A DNA stretch of 64,000 bases from Lepidodermella squamata (GCA_047495785.1 JBLDXI010000103.1:124001-188000); one strand, 5' to 3'; numbered from the stretch's first letter, positions 1 to 12,670 are shown. Made by a program: numbers and translations. Notes: generated by a model from the sequence alone, not told the origin.

Positions 1-1707
1 AAGGGCGAAAATGGTCAAAAGCACAAATCAGTCCATCGGCAGCTGCTGCGTGATATCCTGGAGAGTTTGAGTTGCGATGCATTGTTGGATGTTTGCAAGT
101 CTATGAGCGTAAGCGAGGCCAAGTCTTTTATCCATTTCCTATATGGCTTGGAGTGGGAAGATAATATCGGACCACCGGTAGACCATACTTTAATAGCCTA
201 TGGAACTCACAATTCTTATCGCCTGATCTCATGGATACTTTCAAGGCTGCTTGGGAATCAAGATCTCGGTCAAAACTACATAAAATGCATAGCAGAACAC
301 AATGATTTGGCGTTTCTGATGCAAATTTTTGACGACGATAAAATATTGATGCTGAAAAACGAGAGGGACAAAATCGTGAACTTCTTTTACGGGCACTTTT
401 GGAAATACCAAGCAAGAACGGCTTTGAATAACCACGGAAGCTGCAAAGAAACATCCGAGTTTATTAGATCTGTTTTAAAGCGTGATTTAACATCAGTGAA
501 ACGCCATTTCAACCCAGCTGAGGCAATCGTGGCTATGGAAATCGCAGCGCTACTGGGTGACTTGGAGATAGTAAGATTATTGGCCGAAAAATCCCCTGGT
601 GAGAACAACAGCAGAATCCCGCTTAGCATAGCCGCTCAAAATGGACACTTTGATGTTGTTAAATTCCTAGCTGAGGAAGCACCGGAATTAGTTTCAATGG
701 CTGACAAGGCCGGCACAACCCCGCTTTGGAGGGCAGCTCAAAACGGCCACATCGAAATTGTTCGTTTTCTAGCAGAGAAAGCACCAGCGACGGTTTCTGC
801 GGGTGATAACAAGGGCAGAACCCCTATCGGCATAGCGGCGAAAAATGGCCAAATCGAAGTAGTTCGATTCCTGGTAAAAGAAGCACCAAACATGGCTTCG
901 ATAGTTGACAACGCCGGTAAATCGCCCCTATGGAGGGCCGCTCAGAACGGTAACATCGAAGTTGTTCGATTCTTGGCAAAGGAAGCACCAGCCACGATGT
1001 CTACGGCTGATAGCAAGGGCAGAACCCCGATCTGCATTGCCGCTAAAAATAGCCGCATCATAGTTGTTCGATTTCTAGCTGAGGAAGCACCTGAAACGGT
1101 TTCCACGGGTGATAAGGTCGGTAGAGCTCCGATATGGGGAGCCGCTGAAAATGGCCACATTGAAGTTGTTCGATTCCTGGGGACAGTAGCACCAGCCATA
1201 ATGTCAAAGGCTGATAATTTCGGCAAAACCCCGATTTTGGCAGCCGCTACAAATGGCCAAATTGAAGTAGTTCGATTCCTGGGGAAAGAAGCACCAGCCA
1301 CGGTTTATATGGCTGATGAAAACGGCAGAACCCCGATGTGGGAAGCCGCTGGCGATGGCCACGCCGAAGTGGTTCGATTCTTGGCAAAAGAAGCACCTGC
1401 CACGGTTTTTATGGCCAATAACGACGGCTACACCCCTTTTGAGATGGCTGTTAGTTTTAACAGAATTGAAGTAGTTAGATTCCTAGCTAGAGAAGCACCA
1501 GCCACGGTTTTTATCGTTGATAAGTCCGGCAGAACTGCGCTATGGGAAGCCGCCTACCTAGGCCACGTCGAAATTGTTCGATTCCTCGCAGAAGAAGCAC
1601 CGTCGTTGGTTTCTGCGGGTGATAACAAGGGCACTACTCCTCTCGAGATAGCTCAGGTCTTTGGCCAACACGAAGTTGTGCGATTCCTGTCAGATTTCAA
1701 GCTTTGA
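1..1707 (+). CDS. Ankyrin-repeat protein, 5'-truncated (about 12 repeats of 34 aa)
   Basis: Frame is open from base 1 to TGA at 1707, so the TTG at 67 is not a real start. Repeated G-x-TP(L/I)xxAAxNGHxEVVRFL motif with 102-nt periodicity from about 520 to 1700. Confidence 0.9.
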   Translation, partial: KGENGQKHKSVHRQLLRDILESLSCDALLDVCKSMSVSEAKSFIHFLYGLEWEDNIGPPVDHTLIAYGTHNSYRLISWILSRLLGNQDLGQNYIKCIAEHNDLAFLMQIFDDDKILMLKNERDKIVNFFYGHFWKYQARTALNNHGSCKETSEFIRSVLKRDLTSVKRHFNPAEAIVAMEIAALLGDLEIVRLLAEKSPGENNSRIPLSIAAQNGHFDVVKFLAEEAPELVSMADKAGTTPLWRAAQNGHIEIVRFLAEKAPATVSAGDNKGRTPIGIAAKNGQIEVVRFLVKEAPNMASIVDNAGKSPLWRAAQNGNIEVVRFLAKEAPATMSTADSKGRTPICIAAKNSRIIVVRFLAEEAPETVSTGDKVGRAPIWGAAENGHIEVVRFLGTVAPAIMSKADNFGKTPILAAATNGQIEVVRFLGKEAPATVYMADENGRTPMWEAAGDGHAEVVRFLAKEAPATVFMANNDGYTPFEMAVSFNRIEVVRFLAREAPATVFIVDKSGRTALWEAAYLGHVEIVRFLAEEAPSLVSAGDNKGTTPLEIAQVFGQHEVVRFLSDFKL

Positions 1708-2140
1708 GAGTTGGGTTCCCCCGATGAACATCAAGTGTTGAAGTTCTAGAAGGGTTTCCCGCGTAATCACTATAAGCAATCACAAGCAATGAAGGTTGGT
1801 TGGTTAATGCAAAGGAGTCACCTGATAAGTCCAGGTGGAAATCGGTTAATCTTGGACTGGGTTGAATTGCTCTCACCAGTGCATTTATCACTTTGCGAAA
1901 CAGGTCATGAGCCATTTGTTCATACTTTTTTCCTATCCAATCCTATCCTATCCCAATATCCAATAGCTATCCAATATTTTCGAGTTTTTTCAAATAAATC
2001 AACATATAAATCCGGAAGCTTCAAGTCATTTCAACAAACTATCATTGATGACTGACTTAAGATATTTAATCCTCGAAATAAAGACGGTTTTGTCCAAAAT
2101 TATCCACATCAAACTGTTTCATAAAAGTATTTATGGCTTT

Positions 2141-4357
2141 TTAGAAAGATAGTTCATCCGACGGGTTGCATTGATTACGCGATGGAGTGTGGAGTAGGAT
2201 GCTGATGAATATGCTAACAGCGACCAGAAAAACCCAGAACAGCAATTGATCCAAATAGTGCGCAACCAACTGCCAATCAGCCACAGTTTTCTGAAAACAT
2301 ATAAAAAATTTCGAAAATACTACAAATTGAATACAATTGAATTGGTAACTGATTTCTGATAGAAAACAAGAAATCCGACATAAATTTCGATAGTTGACCT
2401 TGGACATTGATGCGCGCAAAAAAGGCCACCGAGCGCGTGACCTAATTTAAATGATTAAGGAGGAAACTCACGTGCGTCTCGCTTTCTTCGCGCATCTTTT
2501 TCATGAGTGAGTCGAGCGCCGAAACCATAACCGTCCGCTGCCCGGCCGTTTTCGCTAAATCGCTGATATTCAACGCATTTGCCAGATTTTTCGTCGCATT
2601 GTGCGACTTCTGCTTCTTGAACCTCTGATGCTGTTCGCGATTTTTGCCAGCGCAAACGTTGAAATACGACGAGCAGAGAAACAAAAATTGAACAGCAATA
2701 GGTGGGATTTTCGCAGATCGGCGCTTCAAATGCAGATTCATGACGAGGGTTGAGGCGACTGTTGTTAGAAACATTGTCGCCAGCATGAAGTTGAGGTAAA
2801 TCGATAAAAGTGGGATAGTTTCGCTTGATTTCGGCAGCTTTTTGCCGATTGAGAACATGTAGAGCACGGCGGTTAGCATGACGGTGATGCTGAACGAGCA
2901 TTTAACATTCGACTCGGGGGTTAAATGGAAGACTATCAGGGCTAAAACTGATACGATTAATATTGGCAATAATAGGCTGTAGTAGAAGTAAAGTGGACGT
3001 CGTTGTAGGGTGAGCTAGAAAAAATGCAAATTTATTAACAAATTCATTATAATTTAAAGTAAAAAAATACTCACGGAGAATATGACGACTGAAAATGTCT
3101 CATTTTCGCTGTAGATGTGGTTACCCATTTTGAGGCTCTGAAAAATTTTGAAATATTTAATCAATTTTTTTTAAATTTGTAAAATCTATTTTTAATACAA
3201 ACCGTTCCAGTGCCGAGTATTTCCCATTCTTCGTTTGAAACGTACATGTTCAAGTCGATGTCATTTGTCCGACTCTTGAGAGATATCATACTACCTGTAA
3301 AATTTAATCGATTATCGATTATTGATTTGTTCTTATTAAAATTCGATTTTATTTAATTATTCGTTGGAATTTTGCGTATTTTTTTAGAATTACAAACAAT
3401 AATTCTGCTTAATTTTTTTGAAATTTTCGGAAATTTATTCAATATTTTTGAAATGTTAAACATAATTACTGTTATACGCCCAAGAGCTGAAATAAATGTG
3501 GCACGTTTGGCAGTCCATCGGGAACCAGGTCAAATCGATTTTGCAGTGGCTAATAAATTTTCAGAAAATATTTGCAATTATGAAACGTTTATAAAGTTAC
3601 CTTTCGAGTTTAGCTGGGGACGAATAGAAAACTTCGCCTGTATAACTGACCATGGCTCTCGTGTCAAAAATTGGCAGCTTGAAGTCAGTTGCCCTGAAAA
3701 AGGATGAAAATTCACATTTTTCAGAATTTTCTCTTTATTTAATTTGACCCAAAACCTCGCAATTCTTTTGCGTAATTCTTTTTCAATTTATTTTTGTTTT
3801 CAATATTTTTGAAATTATCAAAATACTTGTTTTTCAATACTAAGATTTTGAATTCAAAAATAATTTAATTTTTAGACTTACGTATTATGAACTAAAATAT
3901 CCGGTTTCCAAATGAATTTAGAAGCGACGCGAAAAATTTCAATGCCGCTGAAATTGTCCGGGTTCCACCTGATTTGCTGGTCAATCCACGTCGCATCGAT
4001 CCATGTCGCGCTAACTAAAGTCTGTTGCCGTTCTTTCACCTCGAAAATGCGGCTCAGCGTGAGGCCAATGCTGATGTTTGTTCGAATTGAGATGTCGAGA
4101 ACGGGGCGAGTTTGATTTCTCGGTTCGCCATTAGGAAACAACAAGTCCATCAATCGCTGTTCATCAGTTCGCGGTCGCATGTCTGGAAAATTTTAGCAAT
4201 ATTCAGGATTTTTCTAGATTTTTCGGGACTATAGTTTACGAGGCAAAATTGTTGCCAACCGATTTTGATCTTCGGTGAAGTGAGTTTCGTGATACATCTG
4301 CTGGGAGAATGAGCGGTAAGCAAAACTTAAAATCAGAAAAATTGCCTGAAAATTCAT
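2141..4357 (-). CDS. Nicotinic acetylcholine receptor-like Cys-loop subunit, non-alpha type (about 8 exons)
   Basis: ATG at 4357 with signal peptide MNFQAIFLILSFAY. First intron 4239-4183 (GT..AG) keeps frame. Motifs RPV, W-x-D, IWKPDI; Cys loop CKIDLTWFPMDCQTC; FSSWAY; RRPLYFYY; M1-M3 at 2970-2730; M4 WQLVAHYLDQLLFWVFL. No vicinal Cys-Cys in loop C. Internal exon limits are approximate. Confidence 0.88.
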
Positions 4358-4873
4358 TTTTTTCAGCCTGAGAATATATAGGAAATTGTTTTTTAGGGAG
4401 GCGTAAAATCCGTCTGACAAGATAATTAAATTTAAATCCAGCCGAACAATAGCGCATATTATTTATTGTCTGTTGTGGGTAGGGCAATTTATGACTGTGC
4501 GTATTAAATTACCCCCTATAGGAATTATTGGGGTGTGGCTATTGATGGATAGAATTTCGACTCAACTCGGGACAATACTATCGAGTCAATAATCGTCAAC
4601 AACACATATTTTTTTGCGAAGCTAGAAATTTAAACAAAAATGAGGAAAACAAGATATAGAAAATATTGAAAATTTCATCTGTGAAAAGACAAAAATTGAG
4701 TTCATTATTCAATTTATTTGAATTCCAGTTCAAGCACAAGGGTGTTTCATAATTTACACTCAGGTTTTAAATTTCAGTTATAGACAACTTCATATAAATT
4801 ATTAGCAATCATGGATGTAACATTGCGTTATTCAAGTTTTTTTCATTTCGATTGAAGCGATTCAAATGAGAAT

Positions 4874-6576
4874 TTACTCGCGAACAGCGCCCTGGTTTCC
4901 AGGCTGAGGACGAGGACCAGTTTGCGGGCGGCGGGTGGTTGGGCGGACTTGCGGACGAGGACGAGTCGTCGGCTGAGCGATTGGGCGGCGGGTAGTGCGA
5001 CCTCCTTGAACAGGGGCAGTTGTAGTTTCTTCAGCCGGCGGAGCTTCAGTCGCAGCAGTAGTGGTCGGCTGGGCTGGCTGCTGGCCACCCGGAATGAGAC
5101 CAGCCGTCTGCAGCGCACCAATGTTGCCTTGAGCCAGGGCGGCGACTTCCTCGCCGGTGAGCACGGTGTTGCAGACGAGGACGTTGTCGATGTTGCCGGT
5201 GAAGGCGCCGAGGGCCTGGTCGTCGCCGACGACGTACGGGCAGTGGGCGAGGGCGAGCGGGCCGGCGGCGGGCGCGCTGCCGACGAGGGCGCCGTTGACG
5301 AAGAGCTCGGCGAGCTGCGCGGTCGCGTTGAACACGACGCAGACGGCCGTCCAGCCGCCGTTGGTCGCCGGCGCCGGGGCGGTGAGGTTGGCGGAGGCGC
5401 CCGAGTCGGAGCGCAGGCTCGCGAACACGTTGTCGGTGGGCGTGACGCCGGCGATGAGCGTGTACAGCGTCGCCGCGGCGTTGTTGTTGTTCGACAGCAC
5501 GCCGGCCGACTGCGTGCACTGGAACGGGGCGGCGACGTTGCAACTTTGAAAAGTAAACCAAGGTCTCAGTAGAGTCCATCGGTCATGTAATAGTCTTACC
5601 GGTATTCGAAGCACCACGAAGCACCCTCGCCTGTGCCGAGCTCGAACGTCTTGAGGCCGGGGATCTCGAGGCGGCCGGTGTTGACCTGCAGCGAGCCACC
5701 AGTGGTGCCAGTCGCCGAGGCGGTCACGTCGAGCTGGGCGTTGCCGTAGGCGAAGGTCGGGAAGCGGTTGACGGACTGGTCCTCGAGGGAGGTGTCGAAA
5801 GGCAGCCAGAGGGCGCACTGGCGGGCATTCGAGCCAGTGAGCGGCGGCTCGGGCGTCGTCAGCACGACGGAGCAGGCGCACTCGGCGAGGCTGAAGGCGG
5901 TGCCGGGCGCGCAGGGCAGCGTCGAGTCGCCGAGTTGGAACGCGTCTTCGCGGTCGGGCAGCGCCACCAGGGTGTTGCCGAAGGCGTCCGAGCACGCGCT
6001 CGCGTTCAGACTCGCTGGGGCGGCCGTGGTCTGGGGCAGGGCGAGGCAGAAGCCGGTGCAGGTCTCGTCCGGCACGCACGTGCAAGTTGCGACGTCGATG
6101 CGCTCGCCAGACGGGCAGCAGTTGACAGTCTCCTGGCCGGTGGCGCCACACGTGAAGTACTGGCGGCAGCCTTGGCCGGGCAGTTGGTAGCAGCCGGCAG
6201 CGGCGATGGTCGGGTTCGAGCACGGCGAAGGCTGGCACGGCACTGGGCCCTCGGCGCGGCACGTCAGGCGAGCTTCGTCCCAGAAGGTGCCCGGCTGGCA
6301 CACCTGGAAGATGGCCGTCGCCGTCGTCTCGTTCAGGTACAGGCACTGGAAGTACGAGTGGCAGTCGAGCGGGTTCGCGAAGAAGTCCTTCTGCGCGGCG
6401 CGCGACAGGCAGTCGAAGCAGTACGTGTTCGCGTCGAACCCAGGCGCAGGGTTAGGGTTGTTCGGAGCAGGTGGGCCGGCAACTGGGGCGCGGCGCGTTG
6501 TTGTGCGATCGCGGGCAAACGCCGCATTAAGACAACCGGCGATCACGAAAGCTACTACAATCGAATATTTGAGCAT
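4874..6576 (-). CDS. Secreted chitin-binding (ChtBD2 x2-3) + LamG-like protein, copy A; exons 6576-5600 and 5543-4874, 548 aa
   Basis: Signal peptide; NPLDCHSYFQC...CQPGTFWDEARLTC peritrophin-A pattern followed by two related Cys modules. LamG/ConA-like motifs LWLPFD..LEDQSVN, WTAVCVVFN, LFVNG, FTGNIDNV. Pro/Thr/Arg-rich tail. A 56-nt phase-2 GT-AG intron joins the two ORF-track frames. Confidence 0.85.
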
Positions 6577-6662
6577 TTCTCAAAATGAATCGAATCAAAT
6601 CGAAAAGATGAATAAAAAAGGAATAAACAGTGATTGATGATTGAATTGGGGATTAGGGGGAA

Positions 6663-6704
6663 TTTTATAGTAGAAAATCCTTCGCATTGCGAAGCTCTAA
6701 TTGG
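6663..6704 (-). promoter_or_regulatory. CCAATTAG + TATAAAA promoter of copy A
   Basis: TATAAAA about 90 nt upstream of the ATG with CCAATTAG about 30 nt further up. The same pair lies upstream of copies D and E. Confidence 0.5.
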
Positions 6705-7652
6705 AGCGCTTGTTTTTCGGTCGCATTATTCCCAGCCAACACAACTGATCAGCTGACTGCACTACGCAGGATGACTCATTTGGTAGTAATTTTAATTGGG
6801 AGGCCAATAGCGGGATCGGTTCAGTGCGCTATTGCTTTGCCAAAATATCGAATTCGCTGATCACTGATCACGCCTTGTTCTGCCTGAATAAAAAATGGAC
6901 TGAACGATTGTGCGTTACGTCTGGTTAGAATTTCATGTAGCTTGGAAGGCCAACTCAGCAGAAGCGTTTGTGTATTTCTAATGATTTGATTCATAACATA
7001 ATTTATCTAAGAATACATTGTTGATGTTGTTGACAGGCATTATGCGAGGTCAGCTCAGTTTCTTTTGGTATCAGCGATTAAAATACTTTCATATATTCTC
7101 TATTCAGTCGATTGGAAAGGATCCATATTCAAATCCAGTGCTGTGAGTTATCCTAGGTTTCATATCAAGGTACTTCGCACTCATGACGAATTTCCATTCG
7201 TTTCTCACAATTCTCGCGATTCATACGGCCCAATTTTCGACTATAACGTACTGGCAAACATAAAATGCCTGTCTCGTGCAAGGAAAAGGGATCAACATAA
7301 GCATAAAATGAACTTCAGAATTCTCTTGCCACCTTTTCATTATCCGGGTTTGACGCCAATAGTGGACTTAAAATCTATCACCGTGCGTGGTATTTGACGC
7401 AAATGTCAAAAACCAGTCAAATTGATTTATCAATATTGAGTGGCGAAAACGGAGTTGTGAGACACGCGAAATATTGACGTGGTTGGGTTTTATTTGCAAT
7501 TAAACTCGGACGGATAATTAAACGCGGACAGTTAATAAATAATGCGCTCAACCAGACTCGATTGTACCTATATTAAACGTGCAAATCAGTATCCGCCAGA
7601 TCATTTTTGAAGTCAAATGCTGGGCATTGCATAGGCTAATAGTATTTAGAAA

Positions 7653-8804
7653 ATGGGAGCATTACTTGTGGCCTTTCTAACGGTGATGACTGGCGGCGCA
7701 GCTCAGTACATCGGTCAAGAAATGATCGAAGCATGCAGCCACTTGTTACCTGGGGTCTATGCCCCCCTCTGCCCACTAGGAGATTACGGAATTCCTGGAA
7801 GGAAGTGTCAAGTGTTGAACGTCATGGCTAGCTTTCTACCACATCGCTTTCACGCTATAAGTGACGAAGATGAGACTACGGCATTGACGGGCGCTTTGAA
7901 TGTCGAATACGTAGCGCCCTGCAAGAACTACACAGGCCGGCCTCCTCTCAAGTCTTACATCGAACGAGATAAAGTATGGCTGCCTCATTTTCACCACAAA
8001 AACGCGATTTCAGACTTTGCAATGTCGGATGGATTTACTGAAAGGAATTTTCTCTACCGCGACTCGATAGCCAATGATTCGATCGGGGTCTATTGGCAGA
8101 AGGTTGGCGTTTTCACCTCACTATGCCCGATGGAGTTCGAACTATTCCCCTTCGACACCCAGTCTTGCACAGTATCATTCGTCCTTCAAGAGAATAGCAA
8201 CGCCGTAGTATTCGTCTCCAGCTCTGCTTCGGCAGTAGATGCTGATTTCATGAGCCCAGGGTTGCAATGGACCTTCCTCGGATGGAACAAAAGTGTCAGC
8301 TTCATCAATGTGTTCGGCAATCGCAGCGCCGCCCATTTCACCTTCAATTTTCGTAGAAAGCCAGACTTTTACATCAATAACCTCATGATTCCTTGTTTCA
8401 TCCTGTCGAGCCTCGAGATCGCCTCGTTCCTTTTACTGCCAGATATACCTGACAGGCCGGTTTTCACAGTTACCATCTTGCTGGCTATGACGTTTTTACA
8501 GGGCAGCATTTTAAGCCGAATTCCGCCGAAACCACAGCGCATTTTCCTGAGCAACTACACAGATCTGTGCTCGCTGTTCGCCTGGGCTTGTACCATTTAC
8601 TCACTAGCCTCGTGTGGCTTCACCAGAGCTTACAAGCCATTTTTCAAGAGACCGGTGGGACTCTGCCTGTTGCCTTGTGGCGGTAAAGCCGGAATGACCT
8701 TGGGTAGATTTATCGATTCGTTCGCACTCGGAGTGGCCATTGCTATGTTTGTCTCAATCAATGGCTACGCCCTATCGGTAGCTATCAGCGTCGGTCACAT
8801 ATAA
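7653..8804 (+). CDS. Divergent intronless Cys-loop ligand-gated ion channel subunit, 383 aa
   Basis: Signal peptide, VWLP, Cys loop CPMEFELFPFDTQSC, FRRKPDFY pre-M1, four hydrophobic helices, very short M3-M4 loop. Confidence 0.88.
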   Translation: MGALLVAFLTVMTGGAAQYIGQEMIEACSHLLPGVYAPLCPLGDYGIPGRKCQVLNVMASFLPHRFHAISDEDETTALTGALNVEYVAPCKNYTGRPPLKSYIERDKVWLPHFHHKNAISDFAMSDGFTERNFLYRDSIANDSIGVYWQKVGVFTSLCPMEFELFPFDTQSCTVSFVLQENSNAVVFVSSSASAVDADFMSPGLQWTFLGWNKSVSFINVFGNRSAAHFTFNFRRKPDFYINNLMIPCFILSSLEIASFLLLPDIPDRPVFTVTILLAMTFLQGSILSRIPPKPQRIFLSNYTDLCSLFAWACTIYSLASCGFTRAYKPFFKRPVGLCLLPCGGKAGMTLGRFIDSFALGVAIAMFVSINGYALSVAISVGHI

Positions 8805-9793
8805 GCCAGGCTTAATGGAAGAATAACCATGATGATTTGATCTATCACTGACTCGTACCATCCGTCCATCAACTTAAATTAGTTCTAGGTAGCTAGTTCT
8901 AGTTCTAGGTGCACGCCGATCTCTACCGATGGTGAATATGTTATCTATCACTTCAATGTAAATATTGTTGTATGATTTATTAAAATTCGGATAGTTACTC
9001 CATCGTCTTGTGTAATTCCTAGAGCAAAAAGCGATTCAGCTTGGTATTCTGGACCTTTCATCCCTTCAGGGGAAAATCGGTGTGCATATTGCGCAGTGTG
9101 TGCGATGAACTATAGGATCCTCTAGCTTGGGGTACTTTTTGGAATTTTGGTTCCGATTTTATCGGACCAAGGGTTCCTCCCCAGTCAAAAGTCTGTAGGC
9201 CTAGACTAGGCTCCTGGGCCTATTATAGGCCCAATTGAACCGAGCCTAGGTCAGGTCTTGGCCTAGGCTAGGCCTAACAACAAAGCTTTGAACATGGCCC
9301 GTGAATGCTGGGCCTGGTCTAGGCCTAGCCAATTTTCTTGAGCTCTGGAGGTTCAGTACCTCACGTTGGTTTTATATTGATTCAATGACTCATCTATCTT
9401 CACGGTGTAACTTCGTTCAAAATGTCCCTAGAATCGAAATTAGAATAAGTGCTGTGTTCATCAGCCATTAAAAACTTTACTTGGGTTACCTTTTACCTTT
9501 GGCAACAAAAAAAACAATAAATTGCAAACAATATTTACGGTTTGCCCTAAAAAATTGGGTTCGCCCTCGAAAACCTGTCAATCCGATAATTCTTAATTTA
9601 TGAAAATAGTTGTGGCCAATTTAGCAATTAATCGGCGCAACACGAAACAAAGCGAAACGTCGAGTATATTTGAAGGTCAAACAATTTGGAAAATAACTAA
9701 CTTGTATCGATCGCAAAGTGGTATCCATCTGAGGCTTTGCAATTGACTAATTTTAAAAGGTTTTCATAATTATTTAAATAGTTTTTGAACAGT

Positions 9794-11097
9794 TTACTCT
9801 GCTGATGTCATTTTGCTGACGTATACAGTAATTACGATGAAACCGAAGAGAAATGCCGATAAACCGGCGACTAAATCAATTATTCTGATCACTCTCATAC
9901 CACATTTGAATACATTATTTCGGAGCACTAAACGCTTCATCGATGCTATTTTCGCTACAGAACAAGTAGCCATCGTGTAAATCGTGATCACAACACAAAT
10001 TATCATTAGATAAATGACAATGTTGATCAAATAAACTTCCTCGGCAGTTCGAGGTATCAACGTGAACACAAGAGTCAGTACAACTGCCATAGCTAGGTTA
10101 ACAGTTACGCAAAACGTCGGCCGATCCGGGTGTTTAGGATCCATTAGTAAGCCAGCAACTTGCAGTAAGAACAAAGTCAAAGTTGGCAGGAAGACGTTGC
10201 CAACATAGTACTGATACTTTCTATCTAGAATTAGTTTCAAAGTCACGTGATCCGAGCCACCAGCATTGAAAACAGTTCCGTTGTAGTTAACATAGCTCCA
10301 TATATCATCAGATCGAAGCGGGGGGTATGAACTTTGAACGGATATTTCTCCGAGATTGATCGCAACTTCGTTCCTTGCGTTTTCATTCTCAAACTCGTAA
10401 TTGCACCAAGCGGTGTCGAATGGGAATTTCGTGTATTTGAAGCCAAAACACATCGAGGTGAACGGCCGAACGCAGTAGATAAGAAATTTGGGATCAGGTC
10501 CACGGAACGGCCTGATTTTCACCGTACTTTCTCTGAAACAAGGGATGTTTGAAAATATTTCAAGTCCCCTCATTGTTAAATTACTCTCTCAAAGGTCTCG
10601 AGTTTCCGATCGCATTGATATGCTGCATATCTGGCCACCATACGTCCTCTTTTGGTACCTCAAATTGTATGCGGTCCAGCAGTGCCTGTCGGATATTTTT
10701 GTAATCGGGAAGCAGATCTGATCGAATATCACGGCCGCATGGCACGTCCCAAAAAATGCGGAATGTCATCGCGACTGTCATGCTGTAATTAAAGCCTCTA
10801 GAGTAAATTTATGAAAGGGCATTCAAACCTCATAGTTGCATCATTGACTTCGGTTATTTGTAGAATTCTCGAAATTAGGTAACTTTGAATAGGGCTCGAA
10901 AAGTTGCTTGTCTGCAAATGGTTTGCAGCTGGTAAATTGCTAACCTTGGCCATAGGACAGAGCTGGAAAAATCGGTCTTGCAGCTCTTTCAATTTGATTG
11001 GGTCGCCGAGCAGTTGCACAAAGTCGCCATTACTTTGTGCTTGGGTCAAAGCAAATAGCAGAACGAATTTTGCGACTTTCATTATCAAAGGCATCAT
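9794..11097 (-). CDS. Divergent Cys-loop channel subunit; exons 11097-10829, 10782-10585, 10532-9794
   Basis: Two frame-restoring GT-AG introns (46 and 52 nt) join three ORF-track fragments. Motifs VWWPD, CFGFKYTKFPFDTAWC, LDRKYQYY; four TM helices. Confidence 0.85.
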
Positions 11098-12372
11098 TTT
11101 AGAAAATTAGTAATGCAAATGTTCTACTGTATTATTATTAACAAGTGATAATGGAATTCAGTGACATTTTACGGCTCAGAGATGTGCTTCAAACTTCAAA
11201 ATATACCAGTAAAAGTAAATTCAGAAAGTTCGCCTTTTCAAAGCTGTTAATTTTTTGTTTGCATCAGATAATTTGTCACGCTATGGATTTTCGCAATTTT
11301 TCCTCAACTCTCTGGGCTAGAGGCGTTCTAAGATGTGGTTAGGCTTTGCTAGTTGCTGGATATTCAGAAATTCAGCGTTAAAATGAAGCTAACGTTTACA
11401 ATTTAAACTGAAAGTAGGAAACTGGAAGGGCGGTGCTTTAAGATTTAAATGACAGTTTAATGTGGAGGTCTGATGCATGAAAAGTCGCGAACAAACGAAA
11501 AAACCAGTTCTGAGGAGTATGAAAATTTACTCTTGCCCCCTGAATTTCTTGAACTGTACTGAGAAATCGGCACAACAGAAGCTTTCAATTATAAACGGAC
11601 ATGCGTTTTATAAACAAAGATTATCAAAAATTGATGACAGTGAACGTTATATGTTAGAGATCAGCTGACTTTTAACTTGCCGATGCATCACTGAAGGCAC
11701 TCATCGTTCGCATACCTCATACATATTTTATTAATAAGGGATAATTCGCGGCGCACTCTTTGATTATCTGAGCGCGTTATTAGCATGAGAAACACTTTGG
11801 ATGGAAGCTGACATTTTCAAATCTGTTGGGAGTCTTTGCAACTGCTGTAGCACAAAATTGCTCGATGAGTTTTATTTTTAAACTTCAAAAGAAATGAATA
11901 ATGACAATGCGCAGGATCGATGAACTGTGTTTAGTCATTTTTTAAGGCCAAAATACTTTGATAACTGTAACTTTTTCTGATGGAATGCCTAATTTTCCCC
12001 GCTTTTAATTGAACATTTTTGTTGAATGTTGATCGATTTGGGTGATTTTGCTCAATTTTTCCAATTTTCAGCTAGGAGTTAAAGGCGTCAAAAATGTTGA
12101 CATTAGGGTGAAATTCACAGCCTGCTATTTTTTTCAAAAATTAATTTCACTGGATTAGGGAATTTGTTGGAATATTGTTCCAATAATGTTTACAAAATCC
12201 GTCTTTCAACCGCATCTGAAACTGACGCTCTTTTCGCCGGTCCGCATTAATAGCCACAAATATGCCAAGTCAACGGTTGTTTTGTTTCGCAGCGGCATTA
12301 ATGCGACTCCCGCGTTAATTTTTGAATCGACCAATAGCGTGCGAGCAAATAATTGATAATTGTTAGAGAAAA

Positions 12373-12670
12373 CTACATTGTAGGCCGGGTTTGCAGGGTC
12401 AAAGTACAACTCTAAAAATAGCGCGTGACGGTTAAAAATAGCACTACTCTGTAACGTTCTATGTGTAGCCTTATTTTTCAAATTTTTCAGATTTTTCAAA
12501 CTATTTTAGAAATTCCACTATTAAAATAACCCATCATACTCAAGATACTTATCCAATAATCTGGAGAATCTGGAGAATTTGAAAAATTATTCTAACAACT
12601 AACTGCATTATTTCAATAGCGTGAATCATGCTTTGGACTTTGACCTTACGAAACCCGGCCTACAATGTAG
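12373..12670. repeat. Inverted repeat (about 38-bp arms), probable degenerate MITE
   Basis: CTACATTGTAGGCCGGGTTT (12373-12392) is the exact reverse complement of 12651-12670. Similarity continues inward through GGTCAAAGT. Confidence 0.6.

Noticed and set aside
620-1700. 102-bp periodic repeats as a CRISPR-like array
   Set aside because: The repeats are in-frame ankyrin coding units with no repeat-spacer structure and no cas genes; the context is eukaryotic.
4874-6346. 490-aa ORF MPVPERDDG... (also 16487-17959) suggesting an overlapping gene or programmed frameshift
   Set aside because: It is the off-frame shadow of exon 1 running through the 56-nt intron into exon 2. A canonical GT-AG intron explains the frame change, and the ORF is broken in copies C and D.
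4922-6637. Many overlapping Arg/Ala/Gly-rich ORFs on both strands in all four copies
   Set aside because: An expected by-product of near-100% GC3, which removes stop codons from alternative frames. Their conservation only reflects copy identity.
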